Source: Candidatus Uhrbacteria bacterium (GTDB lineage Bacteria; Patescibacteriota; Patescibacteriia; UBA9934; GWF2-40-263). Taken from it: DNA of 64,000 nt. The position numbers were made by a program, and so were the translations under genes. The notes beneath the pieces were generated by a model. It was not told where the DNA came from and did no database searches. It saw nothing but the letters and a program-made list of their open reading frames with translations. The stretch spans positions 2,373-66,372 of the forward strand of contig JACPHX010000002.1 of assembly GCA_016188425.1 (NCBI GenBank), given 5' to 3'. Each line of letters starts with the position of its first letter. The first letter of the stretch is position 1. Shown here piece after piece: positions 1 through 8,240 of this stretch.

Positions 1-661
1 CGAAATATGGATGAACAGTGAATTGGGCTCTGGATTCCCCTTGTTCTTTTTGTTCCGCCATTTCATCCATGGAAGGAGCCATCTCCTCCGATTCCGGCGG
101 GGGCAGATCGTCGGTCGGAGCGGCTGATTCGTGATCTGCATGAGGAGACGGGCTGTAGCCCGTCTCTACGGATGGCGGGGGTGATGGCGTTTCGTCTGGT
201 GCCGGGGGGGACAAATCCTGCTCGCGCAGGTATTCCAACATGGGGGCGATGTGGCGTTGCCAAATAGCCAGTTTTGTGGTGAACGGAACGTTTTGTGCGC
301 GCAACAGTTGGAGGGCATCGGCCGGCCCTTCGTTGGTGGTGACAGAGCGCAGCCTGGTAAAAAAATCAGCGAACGGCGTATCCGCAGGCGGCACTGCCTC
401 TTCTTGAATGGTTTTGAGCTGATGCGCGAGCGACGAAAAAAACGCATCAACTCTGGGCAAACCGGTTTCCTTCACAGATACCTCTTGCTCAAGCATGGTC
501 GATTCCACCAGTACGCGCGCTTCCTTGGGAACGCTCTGTTTCCATGCTTTATACGCCTGCGCCTCCTGTGTGGTAGAGAAAACGACTTGTTGCCCCCCTT
601 TTTTTATTTCTGGGATTTCCTCTGTAGGGCGTCGCTCTGGTGATCGAGATGTCTTTGGCAT
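1..661 (-). CDS. hypothetical protein, N-terminal part (runs off window start)
   Basis: ATG at 661 opens a frame with no stop down to position 1 (MPKTSRSPERRPTEEIPEIKKGG...PSMDEMAEQKEQGESRAQFTVHPYF). It is absent from the ORF track because it is truncated. Confidence 0.7.
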   Translation of the reverse strand, partial: MPKTSRSPERRPTEEIPEIKKGGQQVVFSTTQEAQAYKAWKQSVPKEARVLVESTMLEQEVSVKETGLPRVDAFFSSLAHQLKTIQEEAVPPADTPFADFFTRLRSVTTNEGPADALQLLRAQNVPFTTKLAIWQRHIAPMLEYLREQDLSPPAPDETPSPPPSVETGYSPSPHADHESAAPTDDLPPPESEEMAPSMDEMAEQKEQGESRAQFTVHPYF

Positions 662-686
662 AGAAAAAAATGCAATGGAGAAAGCA

Positions 687-1346
687 TCAAAACCCACACG
701 AAACTCCCAGCAACCAAGAACAGGTACTCGACGAGGCAGAGGAAATAAAACCAAAAATATCGATCCCTGTTGCTTGGGGAAGAATGACGGCAAAACCCAG
801 CAGGAACAGCGAGCCGTATCGTTCAAGAAAAAAGCGCGTTTGGACATGCTCCGGCCCATCAAGGAATGCGAAGAGGAATTTGGAGCCATCAAGCGGCGGG
901 ATGGGGATCAAATTAAAAAACATCAGGGACAGATTCAAGATGATCACGAGAAACAAAAAAGCCAAGAGCAGGCTGTCGGATGCCAACGCGCCGGACGCGA
1001 GCAGCCCGCGAAGAATCAGGGCAGAAATCATCGCGAGCAAAAAATTTGAAGCGGGGCCGGCCAGGGCGATGCGAGCGCTGTCCCAGCGGGGATCGCGCAG
1101 GCTGCGGGGATTGTAGGGAACGGGCTTGGCCCAGCCGAAGCCGACGAAGAGGAGAAACATCAAGCCCAGAGGATCAATGTGAGCAAACGGATTCAGGGTC
1201 AATCGCCCCATGAATTCCGCGGTGCGATCACCGCGCAGCTTGGCGATGAAGGCATGGGAGAATTCATGGAAGGTCAACGAGAAAAAGAGGGCGATCAGCC
1301 AGGCAAGAGCGAGAAGGGGGTCGGCGCGGAAGAGGGAGAAAATCAT
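687..1346 (-). CDS. site-2 protease (peptidase M50)
   Basis: HEFSH (HExxH), LAGPASN and NLIPIPPLDG motifs; hydrophobic segments. Confidence 0.92.
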   Translation of the reverse strand: MIFSLFRADPLLALAWLIALFFSLTFHEFSHAFIAKLRGDRTAEFMGRLTLNPFAHIDPLGLMFLLFVGFGWAKPVPYNPRSLRDPRWDSARIALAGPASNFLLAMISALILRGLLASGALASDSLLLAFLFLVIILNLSLMFFNLIPIPPLDGSKFLFAFLDGPEHVQTRFFLERYGSLFLLGFAVILPQATGIDIFGFISSASSSTCSWLLGVSCGF

Positions 1347-1395
1347 AGAGGGTATGGATGCATACGCAAGGACAGATCAATGATCTGTCCGTACG

Positions 1396-2697
1396 TTACG
1401 GGGTGCGGGTAACGATGGCGCCCAAGGCCTTCAATTTCTCATCCAAGGCCTCGTAGCCGCGGTCGAGATGCTCGATGCCGTTGAGTGTCGATTCCCCATC
1501 CGCCATCAATGCGGCAATGACATAAGCGAGGCCGGCGCGGATGTCGGGGACAGTGACGGTGGCGGGGTGGAGTTTCCTGGGGCCAGTGATAACGGCGGAG
1601 TGTTTATAATTCATTCCACGATACCGACACGGAATTTCCCCAAGACATTTAGTCGACAAAGCAATATCGGCGCCCATTTCCACGAGGGCCTTCGTGTATC
1701 CGAAACGTTCTTCGTAGACCGTTTCATGCACAACGGAGGTCCCCTTTGCCTGCGTCAGTACAGCAACAAACGGCTGCTGCCAGTCGGTGGAAAACCCTGG
1801 AAACGTGTCCGTTTCCAGTTCAATGCTTCGCAAAGCTCCTTCAGCAAAAAAACGAATGCCATCTTTTTTTACCTGATATTCCCCACCGATCTTTCGCACG
1901 GCGTTCAAAAACGACACCATATCTTGCTGACGCGCGCCACGGACCGTGATGTCCCCGCGCGTTCCAAGCGCCATACAGGCGAATGATGCCGCCTCCATGC
2001 GGTCTGGGATAACGGTCTGGGTCGCGCCATGCAACGTCTCAACGCCGATCATCTCAATGGTCCGGTTCGCATTCGTCTGGATGATCGCTCCCATGTTCTG
2101 CAGGAGCATAATAAGTTCCATAATCTCCGGCTCGATGGCGGCGTTGTTGATGACCGTTCGTCCGGCCGCAAGAACACCGGCATACAAACCTGTCTCGGTT
2201 GCGCCGACGGACGGATAGGGCAAATCGATCACTGTCCCCGACAATCGTCCTTCCACCGTCGCTGACAATCCGCCGGGCACCTCGGCAATTGCCGCCCCCA
2301 TGGCCACCAAGGTATCAATATGAAAATTCACCGGGCGAGGCCCGATTTTGTCTCCAGATGGTCGAGGAACCGTGGCAGAGCCGTGGCGATGCAACAAAGG
2401 AGCGGCGAGCAAAATCCCCAAACGATTCTTGCTTCCCATCGGGAGAAAATCCCCGGTCTTTATCTCCTTGGTCTGTGCCGTTATCTCGTGATCCCCCGTC
2501 CAGTCGACGACGTTCCCGACCGCTTTCACCAGTTCGATCGCAATGGATGTCTCTTCATTCTTGGGAACATTTTTCAACGTCACGGGTTCGTCGGTCAACA
2601 ACGAGGCAAACAATAATTTTGAGGCGCTGTTTTTTGCGCCGGCAATTTGGACTTCTCCTGTGAGGGGCTTTCCTCCGGTGATGCGATAAGAAGGCAT
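1396..2697 (-). CDS. murA: UDP-N-acetylglucosamine 1-carboxyvinyltransferase
   Basis: GAKNSA, IGPRPVNFH, SVGATET, PGFSTDWQQ and DIRAG motifs; Asp at the Cys115-equivalent position (SGDKIG). Confidence 0.95.
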   Translation of the reverse strand: MPSYRITGGKPLTGEVQIAGAKNSASKLLFASLLTDEPVTLKNVPKNEETSIAIELVKAVGNVVDWTGDHEITAQTKEIKTGDFLPMGSKNRLGILLAAPLLHRHGSATVPRPSGDKIGPRPVNFHIDTLVAMGAAIAEVPGGLSATVEGRLSGTVIDLPYPSVGATETGLYAGVLAAGRTVINNAAIEPEIMELIMLLQNMGAIIQTNANRTIEMIGVETLHGATQTVIPDRMEAASFACMALGTRGDITVRGARQQDMVSFLNAVRKIGGEYQVKKDGIRFFAEGALRSIELETDTFPGFSTDWQQPFVAVLTQAKGTSVVHETVYEERFGYTKALVEMGADIALSTKCLGEIPCRYRGMNYKHSAVITGPRKLHPATVTVPDIRAGLAYVIAALMADGESTLNGIEHLDRGYEALDEKLKALGAIVTRTP

Positions 2698-2718
2698 AGG
2701 ACAAATAAAAGGAAAAGA

Positions 2719-3048
2719 CTAACGGTCATTCCCGGAGCCGCCCAAGACGCCGCGCTCCAGGCGGGAGAATAATTTTTGCAAGTTGGTCCAGGCGACGTCT
2801 TCCAAAGAAAAACCAAGCTCGGAGGAAATCTGGGCGATATACCACATCACATCCCCCAATTCTTTCTTCACGGCTTCCCGTCTTTGGGGCGTCATCACTC
2901 CCCCATCATCACGCAACATTTTTTTAATCTGTTCCGCGACCTCTCCTGTCTCCCCCGCTAGTCCGAGCGTTGGATACGTTACGTTTGACCCAACTTGTGG
3001 ATACAGGGCAGTCTTTCTGGACTGTTGTTGATATTCGTCTAATGTCAT
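2719..3048 (-). CDS. MazG-like nucleotide pyrophosphohydrolase
   Basis: LGLAGETGEVAE...KELGDVMWY...NLQKLFSR..RG...GSGNDR; start placed at MTLDEYQ. Confidence 0.88.
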   Translation of the reverse strand: MTLDEYQQQSRKTALYPQVGSNVTYPTLGLAGETGEVAEQIKKMLRDDGGVMTPQRREAVKKELGDVMWYIAQISSELGFSLEDVAWTNLQKLFSRLERGVLGGSGNDR

Positions 3049-3148
3049 ACGAGGGCAGTGTAAACAAAAAAGACCCAGGGAGGAAGGCGTCGATCGTCGA
3101 CGGGGCTCCCGAGGGTCTTCCGCAGAGCGCGTCGTCAAACGAAGCGGC

Positions 3149-3385
3149 TCATCGATTTCGATAGGCCAACAGATCAAGAACCTGGGCGAGACTCCCCTCC
3201 TTGATCAGAACGTCCACTTCAGGTTTCCCCGTGGACATCCCGTTTTGGACGCGCGCGCGGATCTCGAGGAAGCGCCGCTGCCCCTCCCGCGCGAAGGCAT
3301 CCGCCTTCGATTGGGCATGGGCGCGCTCGCCATCGACGAGCTTCAAATGGAACAGTTCTTCGTGGGTTCCGTGGTTCATTTTCAT
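3149..3385 (-). CDS. small hypothetical protein
   Basis: 78-aa ORF with an AGAGGAG SD upstream and a downstream hairpin plus U-tract (~3063-3119). Confidence 0.6.
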   Translation of the reverse strand: MKMNHGTHEELFHLKLVDGERAHAQSKADAFAREGQRRFLEIRARVQNGMSTGKPEVDVLIKEGSLAQVLDLLAYRNR

Positions 3386-3518
3386 TTGATACTCTCCTCT
3401 AAAGAAGCATTCATACGATCACACGCAACACGATCATCGTCAACCACTTGTTTTTCCTCAAGGTTTTGTTCACAATGGGCACACCTTCGAAGAATGGAGG
3501 AGGGAGAATGAAGGGTGA

Positions 3519-3591
3519 CGGGCTATGGCGCAGTTGGTAGCGCGCTTGCATGGGGTGCAAGAGGTCGTGGGTTCAAATCCCGCTAGCCCGA
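3519..3591 (+). tRNA. tRNA-Pro(GGG)
   Basis: CGGGCTA/TAGCCCG acceptor stem, CTTGC-ATGGGGT-GCAAG anticodon arm, GTTCAAATC T loop; CCA not encoded. Confidence 0.95.
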
Positions 3592-3626
3592 GGCAAATGG
3601 ACGGCCTAAAGCCGTCCGAGCAACCG

Positions 3627-3660
3627 CAAAAATCCACCGATGAACGTCGGTGGATTTTTG
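3627..3660. terminator. inverted repeat downstream of tRNA-Pro
   Basis: CAAAAATCCACCGA-tgaacg-TCGGTGGATTTTTG. Confidence 0.6.
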
Positions 3661-3679
3661 ATCGAATAAGAATCGGAAT

Positions 3680-3710
3680 CAAAAAACCGCCCTTTAGGGG
3701 TGGTTTTTTG
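3680..3710. terminator. bidirectional intrinsic terminator
   Basis: AAAAAACCGCCC...GGGTGGTTTTTT, with A/T tracts on both sides. Confidence 0.7.
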
Positions 3711-3712
3711 GC

Positions 3713-3859
3713 GCCTCGCCGAAGCGATTACGGACGATGCCCCAATGGAACGGGAGTGGGTCGTGATGATTGCTTGTCGAGACCACCACGGCTTCCCTGT
3801 AAGTTCCCATGTTCCGGCTACGGTAACCTATCCCATCGCCCGAACCGACGACACGAGGC
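3713..3859 (-). ncRNA. candidate structured ncRNA (closed multi-branch fold)
   Basis: Promoter TTGCAT-17-TACGTT (3894-3866); the 5' GCCUCG pairs with the 3' CGAGGC; several helices need G-U pairs that exist only on the minus strand; terminator follows. Confidence 0.55.
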
Positions 3860-3964
3860 AATTACAACGTACCACCAGGATGATGATGATGCAATGAATT
3901 TTTTTGAGTTATCCCCAGCCAAAAACATACATAAAACCCGCTTTTTTCAGAGAGAAAAAGCGGG

Positions 3965-5059
3965 TCAGCGATAAAACCAGCCGAGTTGGCTCAAGAGAGA
4001 CGCGCGGCAACGGGATTCAACGTGGGGCAGTCGCCAGGGCACACGATAAAAGCGCCAAGGGAGCAAACGAGGAAAGTACTCCCGCAACATCTGCCGCAGC
4101 CGATAGAGGCGGTGATTCTCATCCCCTCCTCCGTAGGTGCAGTTGAGATGATCCCGCATGGGGAGTACCTGGAGCTCGAAGGGCTTCTGGTGCAGATGCA
4201 ACAGCATCTTGATGGCGCGGAACCGTTCGTGAGAATTGGCGTTCTCCTGATCGACCGACACGCCGCCGACAAGATTCTCCCCTTCAAGAACGCAGGTTCC
4301 TCCTGCCCGATGGATCAAATCCTGCACGCGGGAGGCGACCTGGCGCGCCACCGTCTCATCCGCCACCACCAGACGAACCGCCCGGCGATCACGCACCGTA
4401 TAGGCGTCATCTTTCTTGCGCCGAAGCTGTCGCATGATCTTGAGAAGCGTCATGAACGGCAGCTTCACTCGATGGCTCAAGTGCACCGGCTCACCCGTGG
4501 TCAAACGGCGAAAGAGAAACGAGTGCTCTTGCATAACGAAGGATCCTCGAGGGATCGGCCCGTCTTCGATCATCGCTTCTCGTGCCCGATAAGAATCCAC
4601 CGGGTCGTACCAGCCACGCACGGTGGCATCGTGGAACGACCCATCGAAAAGTCCATCCTCGAGGATCGCGAGCAGCCCCTCCAAGTCGCTGGAGGCACTT
4701 TGCAAACTTTCCATGCGATCCAGAAACATCTGCCCGACCGCGAGGTCGAACAAACTGATCGCCTGCGACCAGATGAGACGTTTGGTGCGCGACCCATTGG
4801 CGACATACACCTTTGCTCGATTCAGGAGCCGCTCCAATGTCATCGCAAGACTCACCGACATCTCCAGGTCGAAGATGGATTCGTAGGGTGACGCGAAACG
4901 GCCGATGATGTGATCACGCGCGAGCCGTGATTCGTGGATAGCGGTATTCCCCCGCTCTCGATCGTGATCGGACAACCCCTCCAAGAGAAGTTGCCGATGA
5001 GTGACGGCGGATTCAGACGGTTCGTACCAATCCGGAATCCAATCCAACAGCTGCTTCAT
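3965..5059 (-). CDS. divergent RelA/SpoT-like (small alarmone synthetase fold) nucleotidyltransferase
   Basis: Ordered motifs RVK..TLLK, VRDRRAVRLVV, SHERFRAIK, FELQV and HRLYR in the C-terminal half. Confidence 0.6.
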   Translation of the reverse strand: MKQLLDWIPDWYEPSESAVTHRQLLLEGLSDHDRERGNTAIHESRLARDHIIGRFASPYESIFDLEMSVSLAMTLERLLNRAKVYVANGSRTKRLIWSQAISLFDLAVGQMFLDRMESLQSASSDLEGLLAILEDGLFDGSFHDATVRGWYDPVDSYRAREAMIEDGPIPRGSFVMQEHSFLFRRLTTGEPVHLSHRVKLPFMTLLKIMRQLRRKKDDAYTVRDRRAVRLVVADETVARQVASRVQDLIHRAGGTCVLEGENLVGGVSVDQENANSHERFRAIKMLLHLHQKPFELQVLPMRDHLNCTYGGGDENHRLYRLRQMLREYFPRLLPWRFYRVPWRLPHVESRCRASLLSQLGWFYR

Positions 5060-5315
5060 GCTGTGCAAAGAACCATGCTCCTCTCTGAACAGAAACCACC
5101 GCAGGTAAGCTGCGGTGGCGGATGGGTTGAGTAGGTTGCAGACTACTTCACTCCACAGACACCGCCGCACAGGAAAAGACATCCTTGCAGGTAAGGATGA
5201 GATCCATGCGGCAAATGTAGGAATGCAATTTCATAGTCCTTTTCTAGGATACCAGATCGAAAGCAAAAGAAATAAAGTTATCCACAGCATACCAAACCTG
5301 ATTCCTGCTGGACTG

Positions 5316-5365
5316 GCATATAAAATGTGGCCAAGGGGCATGCCCCTTGGCCACATTTTATATGC
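5316..5365. repeat. perfect 50-bp palindrome with a REP-like core (GTGGCCAAGGGGCAYGCCCCTTGGCCAC)
   Basis: GCATATAAAATGTGGCCAAGGGGCA|TGCCCCTTGGCCACATTTTATATGC; the core recurs inside leuS and truB. Confidence 0.85.
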
Positions 5366-5370
5366 TGTAA

Positions 5371-5838
5371 TTAAATTCCTTCTCCAAAAACATACCTGTC
5401 TGTTATCTTCTCATAAGCGAACAGTTCATCCTCTTTGAAGAACCGCTTGATTTCCCCGGCGGCCGCATCGACAGAATCTGATGCGTGTACGAGATTGGAC
5501 GGAACGTTCATCGACAAGTCCGCGCGTATCGTTCCTGCGTCTGCCGCACGAGGATTCGTCGCCCCGACAAGTTTGCGCACGCTCTCGATCGCGTCGATAC
5601 CTTCCAGGACAAGAGCCACGACCGGCGTCTGCATCATGAACTGCTTAATGCTCTTGAAGAACACTTTCTCTTTCAGGTGAATGTAGTGCTCATCAAGAAG
5701 TGCGTCGGTGAGACGGACAAACTTGAGGGCAGAAATCTTGAGACCCTTGCGTTCAAACCGACCAAGAACTTCACCCAAGAGATCGCGCTGCAGAGCATCG
5801 GGCTTAATGAGGACGAGCGTGCGTTCGATATTCGCCAT
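5371..5838 (-). CDS. ndk: nucleoside diphosphate kinase
   Basis: ERTLVLIKPDA, GTIRAD, NLVHASDS. Confidence 0.97.
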   Translation of the reverse strand: MANIERTLVLIKPDALQRDLLGEVLGRFERKGLKISALKFVRLTDALLDEHYIHLKEKVFFKSIKQFMMQTPVVALVLEGIDAIESVRKLVGATNPRAADAGTIRADLSMNVPSNLVHASDSVDAAAGEIKRFFKEDELFAYEKITDRYVFGEGI

Positions 5839-5867
5839 ATGTTTTCCTGAAAACTACCAAGACTCCG

Positions 5868-6794
5868 CTAATATGGCAAGCGCTCGGCGGAAACAGTTGG
5901 CTCCCCGCCCGTGCTTTTCACAAGAATATCTCCTTGCTGATCCGTCCGGAACACCTCTATGTTTCGATCGGCGAACCGATGCAGCACCACGACGTGCGGA
6001 TGACCGTAAGAATTATCCGCCCCTGCCGAAATCAGCGCAATTTCCGGGGTTATCGTATCCAAAAAATACTGGCTATTGGAACTGGAACTGCCATGATGCC
6101 CTGCTTTGAGGATATCAATGTCTCCCATCGAAGGCGCAATCGCTTCTTCCACCTCTTTCTCGATGTCTCCGGTCAAAAGAATCGTCGTGTCGCCATACGT
6201 CAACTTTAAAACCACTGAGTGGTTGTTTGCCGATGTGTCATCGGGCGTATCCGGCATTGCATCCGGCGACAGCACATCAACCGTCACGCCGCCGACATCA
6301 TACTTCTCCCCCGCTCGTACCGATCGGACGACGGCTCCTTCTTCCCCCACAGCTAAATTGAATCGCTTCGCGATCTTAGTATCCCTCTGTGTTTCACCGT
6401 TCCCCCAAATATCTTTCACCTCGTATCGCTCGAGTACGGAGGGCAAGCCGCCGATATGATCAGCATCCAAGTGGCTGGATACCACATAATCGATCGTCCT
6501 ATCCCACGGCTTCATCACCGCGCCGAGCTTGGCAAGCACTTTGGAATCGCGCCCTCCGTCCATGAGCAGCTGCGTGCCATCGGGTGCCTCAAGAAAAAGC
6601 GCGTCTCCTTGCCCGATATCGAACATCCACAATCGCATCTCTCCCAGAGAACCAGACGCCGCAGAGGCCCCAGAGGTGGCGGAGGAGCGGATCAACAAAA
6701 AAATACCCACGCTCATCCAGACGACGAGCAGAAAAACTACGAACCAGAGTTTGCTGCGTCCTTGAGGGCGTCCACGCGAGGTTTGAAGAGCCAT
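5868..6794 (-). CDS. ComEC/Rec2-type metallo-beta-lactamase domain protein
   Basis: DIGQGDA, SHLDADHIGG, LLTGD, GHHGS, YGHPH; N-terminal TM helix; start uncertain. Confidence 0.9.
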   Translation of the reverse strand: MALQTSRGRPQGRSKLWFVVFLLVVWMSVGIFLLIRSSATSGASAASGSLGEMRLWMFDIGQGDALFLEAPDGTQLLMDGGRDSKVLAKLGAVMKPWDRTIDYVVSSHLDADHIGGLPSVLERYEVKDIWGNGETQRDTKIAKRFNLAVGEEGAVVRSVRAGEKYDVGGVTVDVLSPDAMPDTPDDTSANNHSVVLKLTYGDTTILLTGDIEKEVEEAIAPSMGDIDILKAGHHGSSSSNSQYFLDTITPEIALISAGADNSYGHPHVVVLHRFADRNIEVFRTDQQGDILVKSTGGEPTVSAERLPY

Positions 6795-8209
6795 AGAAAT
6801 ATCAGGATAAGACAAAAGGCACTCACGATCGCGGCCGTATGAGGATCCACCGATTCATAAACCGCATGAGGGACAGAGGCACCTTGCCGTATAACCCATA
6901 ATATCATCGAAGAGAGAAGCACCGCTGGAACCGACAGATACGCGAGGATCGAGGCAGGCAGGAGAAAAGCCATCGGCAACAAAATAAGGCCAACAGCCAT
7001 CAGCAAAGGAACCAAGGGCAAAACGAATACATTGACGACTGGCGCGATCAAGGAGATCGAACCGAAATGCCAAAACATAATCGGCGCGGTCACAAGCGAA
7101 GCCACCAAGCTCCCCACGAGCGCCTCGCGCAGACCAAACACCTCTGGCATCCACGAAAAATATCCCTCGAGGTGATCTGGAATGAACAAAACAGCCGCCG
7201 TCGCCACAAAGGAAAGTTGAAACCCTGGATCAACGAGGAGGACGAACGGATTCAGAAGCAGCATGATCGGAAGCGCAAACGCGAGGAGGCGCATCGGGCT
7301 CCGCGGTCGACGAACCCACTCCGCCAGAAGCACAATCCCCGCCATGATCCCCGCGCGGATGACCGCCGCGGTCGCCCCTGCCAGGAACACATACACAACG
7401 ACCAACACTCCGGTCATGAAAATCCCCCTCCGCCGACCGAATCGTTCAATCGCAAACGCAAAAAAGAAAAACGTGAACAGCGACACATTGAATCCGCTCG
7501 CAGCAAGGATGTGCGACGTTCCCGTCCGCGAGAACGTATCCTGCAGATCATCGGACAACCCGGATGAACCGCCGAGAATCAAACCAGTCACAAACGACGA
7601 GTGCGGTTCTGGAAGCAGTCGGTTGAATCGATCCATCAGCAGAATCCTTGCTCGATACAGCCCTCCTCGCCAGGTCCACAGCCCCGCCTCGGCCGCGACC
7701 GACGACGGGAAGGTGCACAGCGCGTAGACCCCCTTGGTCGCGAGAAACTGGTCGTAAGGAAAACCGTTGAAGGGTTCTGGCCGTTTGAGTTTGCACGTGG
7801 CCGTCAACTGGTCATCTATGAACACCTCCTCCCCCATCGGGAGAAAGACGAGCACTCCCCCTCTTGCCTCCTCCCCACCAATCGTCAAATCCTTCACCGT
7901 CGCTCGTACGCCAGACATCCGCGTATCCACATCCGCGACGCGTCCGTGGATTTCCACTGCATGCTCTGGAAGCGTATCGACCCAAGTGGGCGTCCCCGGA
8001 GCCAGAATGACGCGCAAAATTCCCAAAAACAAACACAACGCAATTAAGCCAACTCGACGAAGCAGACCAGATGAAAAAACCAACAATAACAACGGAACAG
8101 ACAGCGCATACCAGACCCATTCCCCGGGGATCGGGATGAGCAAAGCAACCAAAATACCAAACATCACCGCCAAACAGGCGGTGACGAAAGTCCCAGAGGG
8201 AGAACGCAA
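6737..8209 (-). CDS. comEC: ComEC/Rec2 competence membrane protein
   Basis: GTSHILAASGFNV, IRAGIM, DPGFQLSF; multiple TM helices. Confidence 0.9.
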   Translation of the reverse strand: MRSPSGTFVTACLAVMFGILVALLIPIPGEWVWYALSVPLLLLVFSSGLLRRVGLIALCLFLGILRVILAPGTPTWVDTLPEHAVEIHGRVADVDTRMSGVRATVKDLTIGGEEARGGVLVFLPMGEEVFIDDQLTATCKLKRPEPFNGFPYDQFLATKGVYALCTFPSSVAAEAGLWTWRGGLYRARILLMDRFNRLLPEPHSSFVTGLILGGSSGLSDDLQDTFSRTGTSHILAASGFNVSLFTFFFFAFAIERFGRRRGIFMTGVLVVVYVFLAGATAAVIRAGIMAGIVLLAEWVRRPRSPMRLLAFALPIMLLLNPFVLLVDPGFQLSFVATAAVLFIPDHLEGYFSWMPEVFGLREALVGSLVASLVTAPIMFWHFGSISLIAPVVNVFVLPLVPLLMAVGLILLPMAFLLPASILAYLSVPAVLLSSMILWVIRQGASVPHAVYESVDPHTAAIVSAFCLILIFLWLFKPRVDALKDAANSGS

Positions 8210-8240
8210 CGTTTTGTCGATGAGTGACCGGGCGATATCG

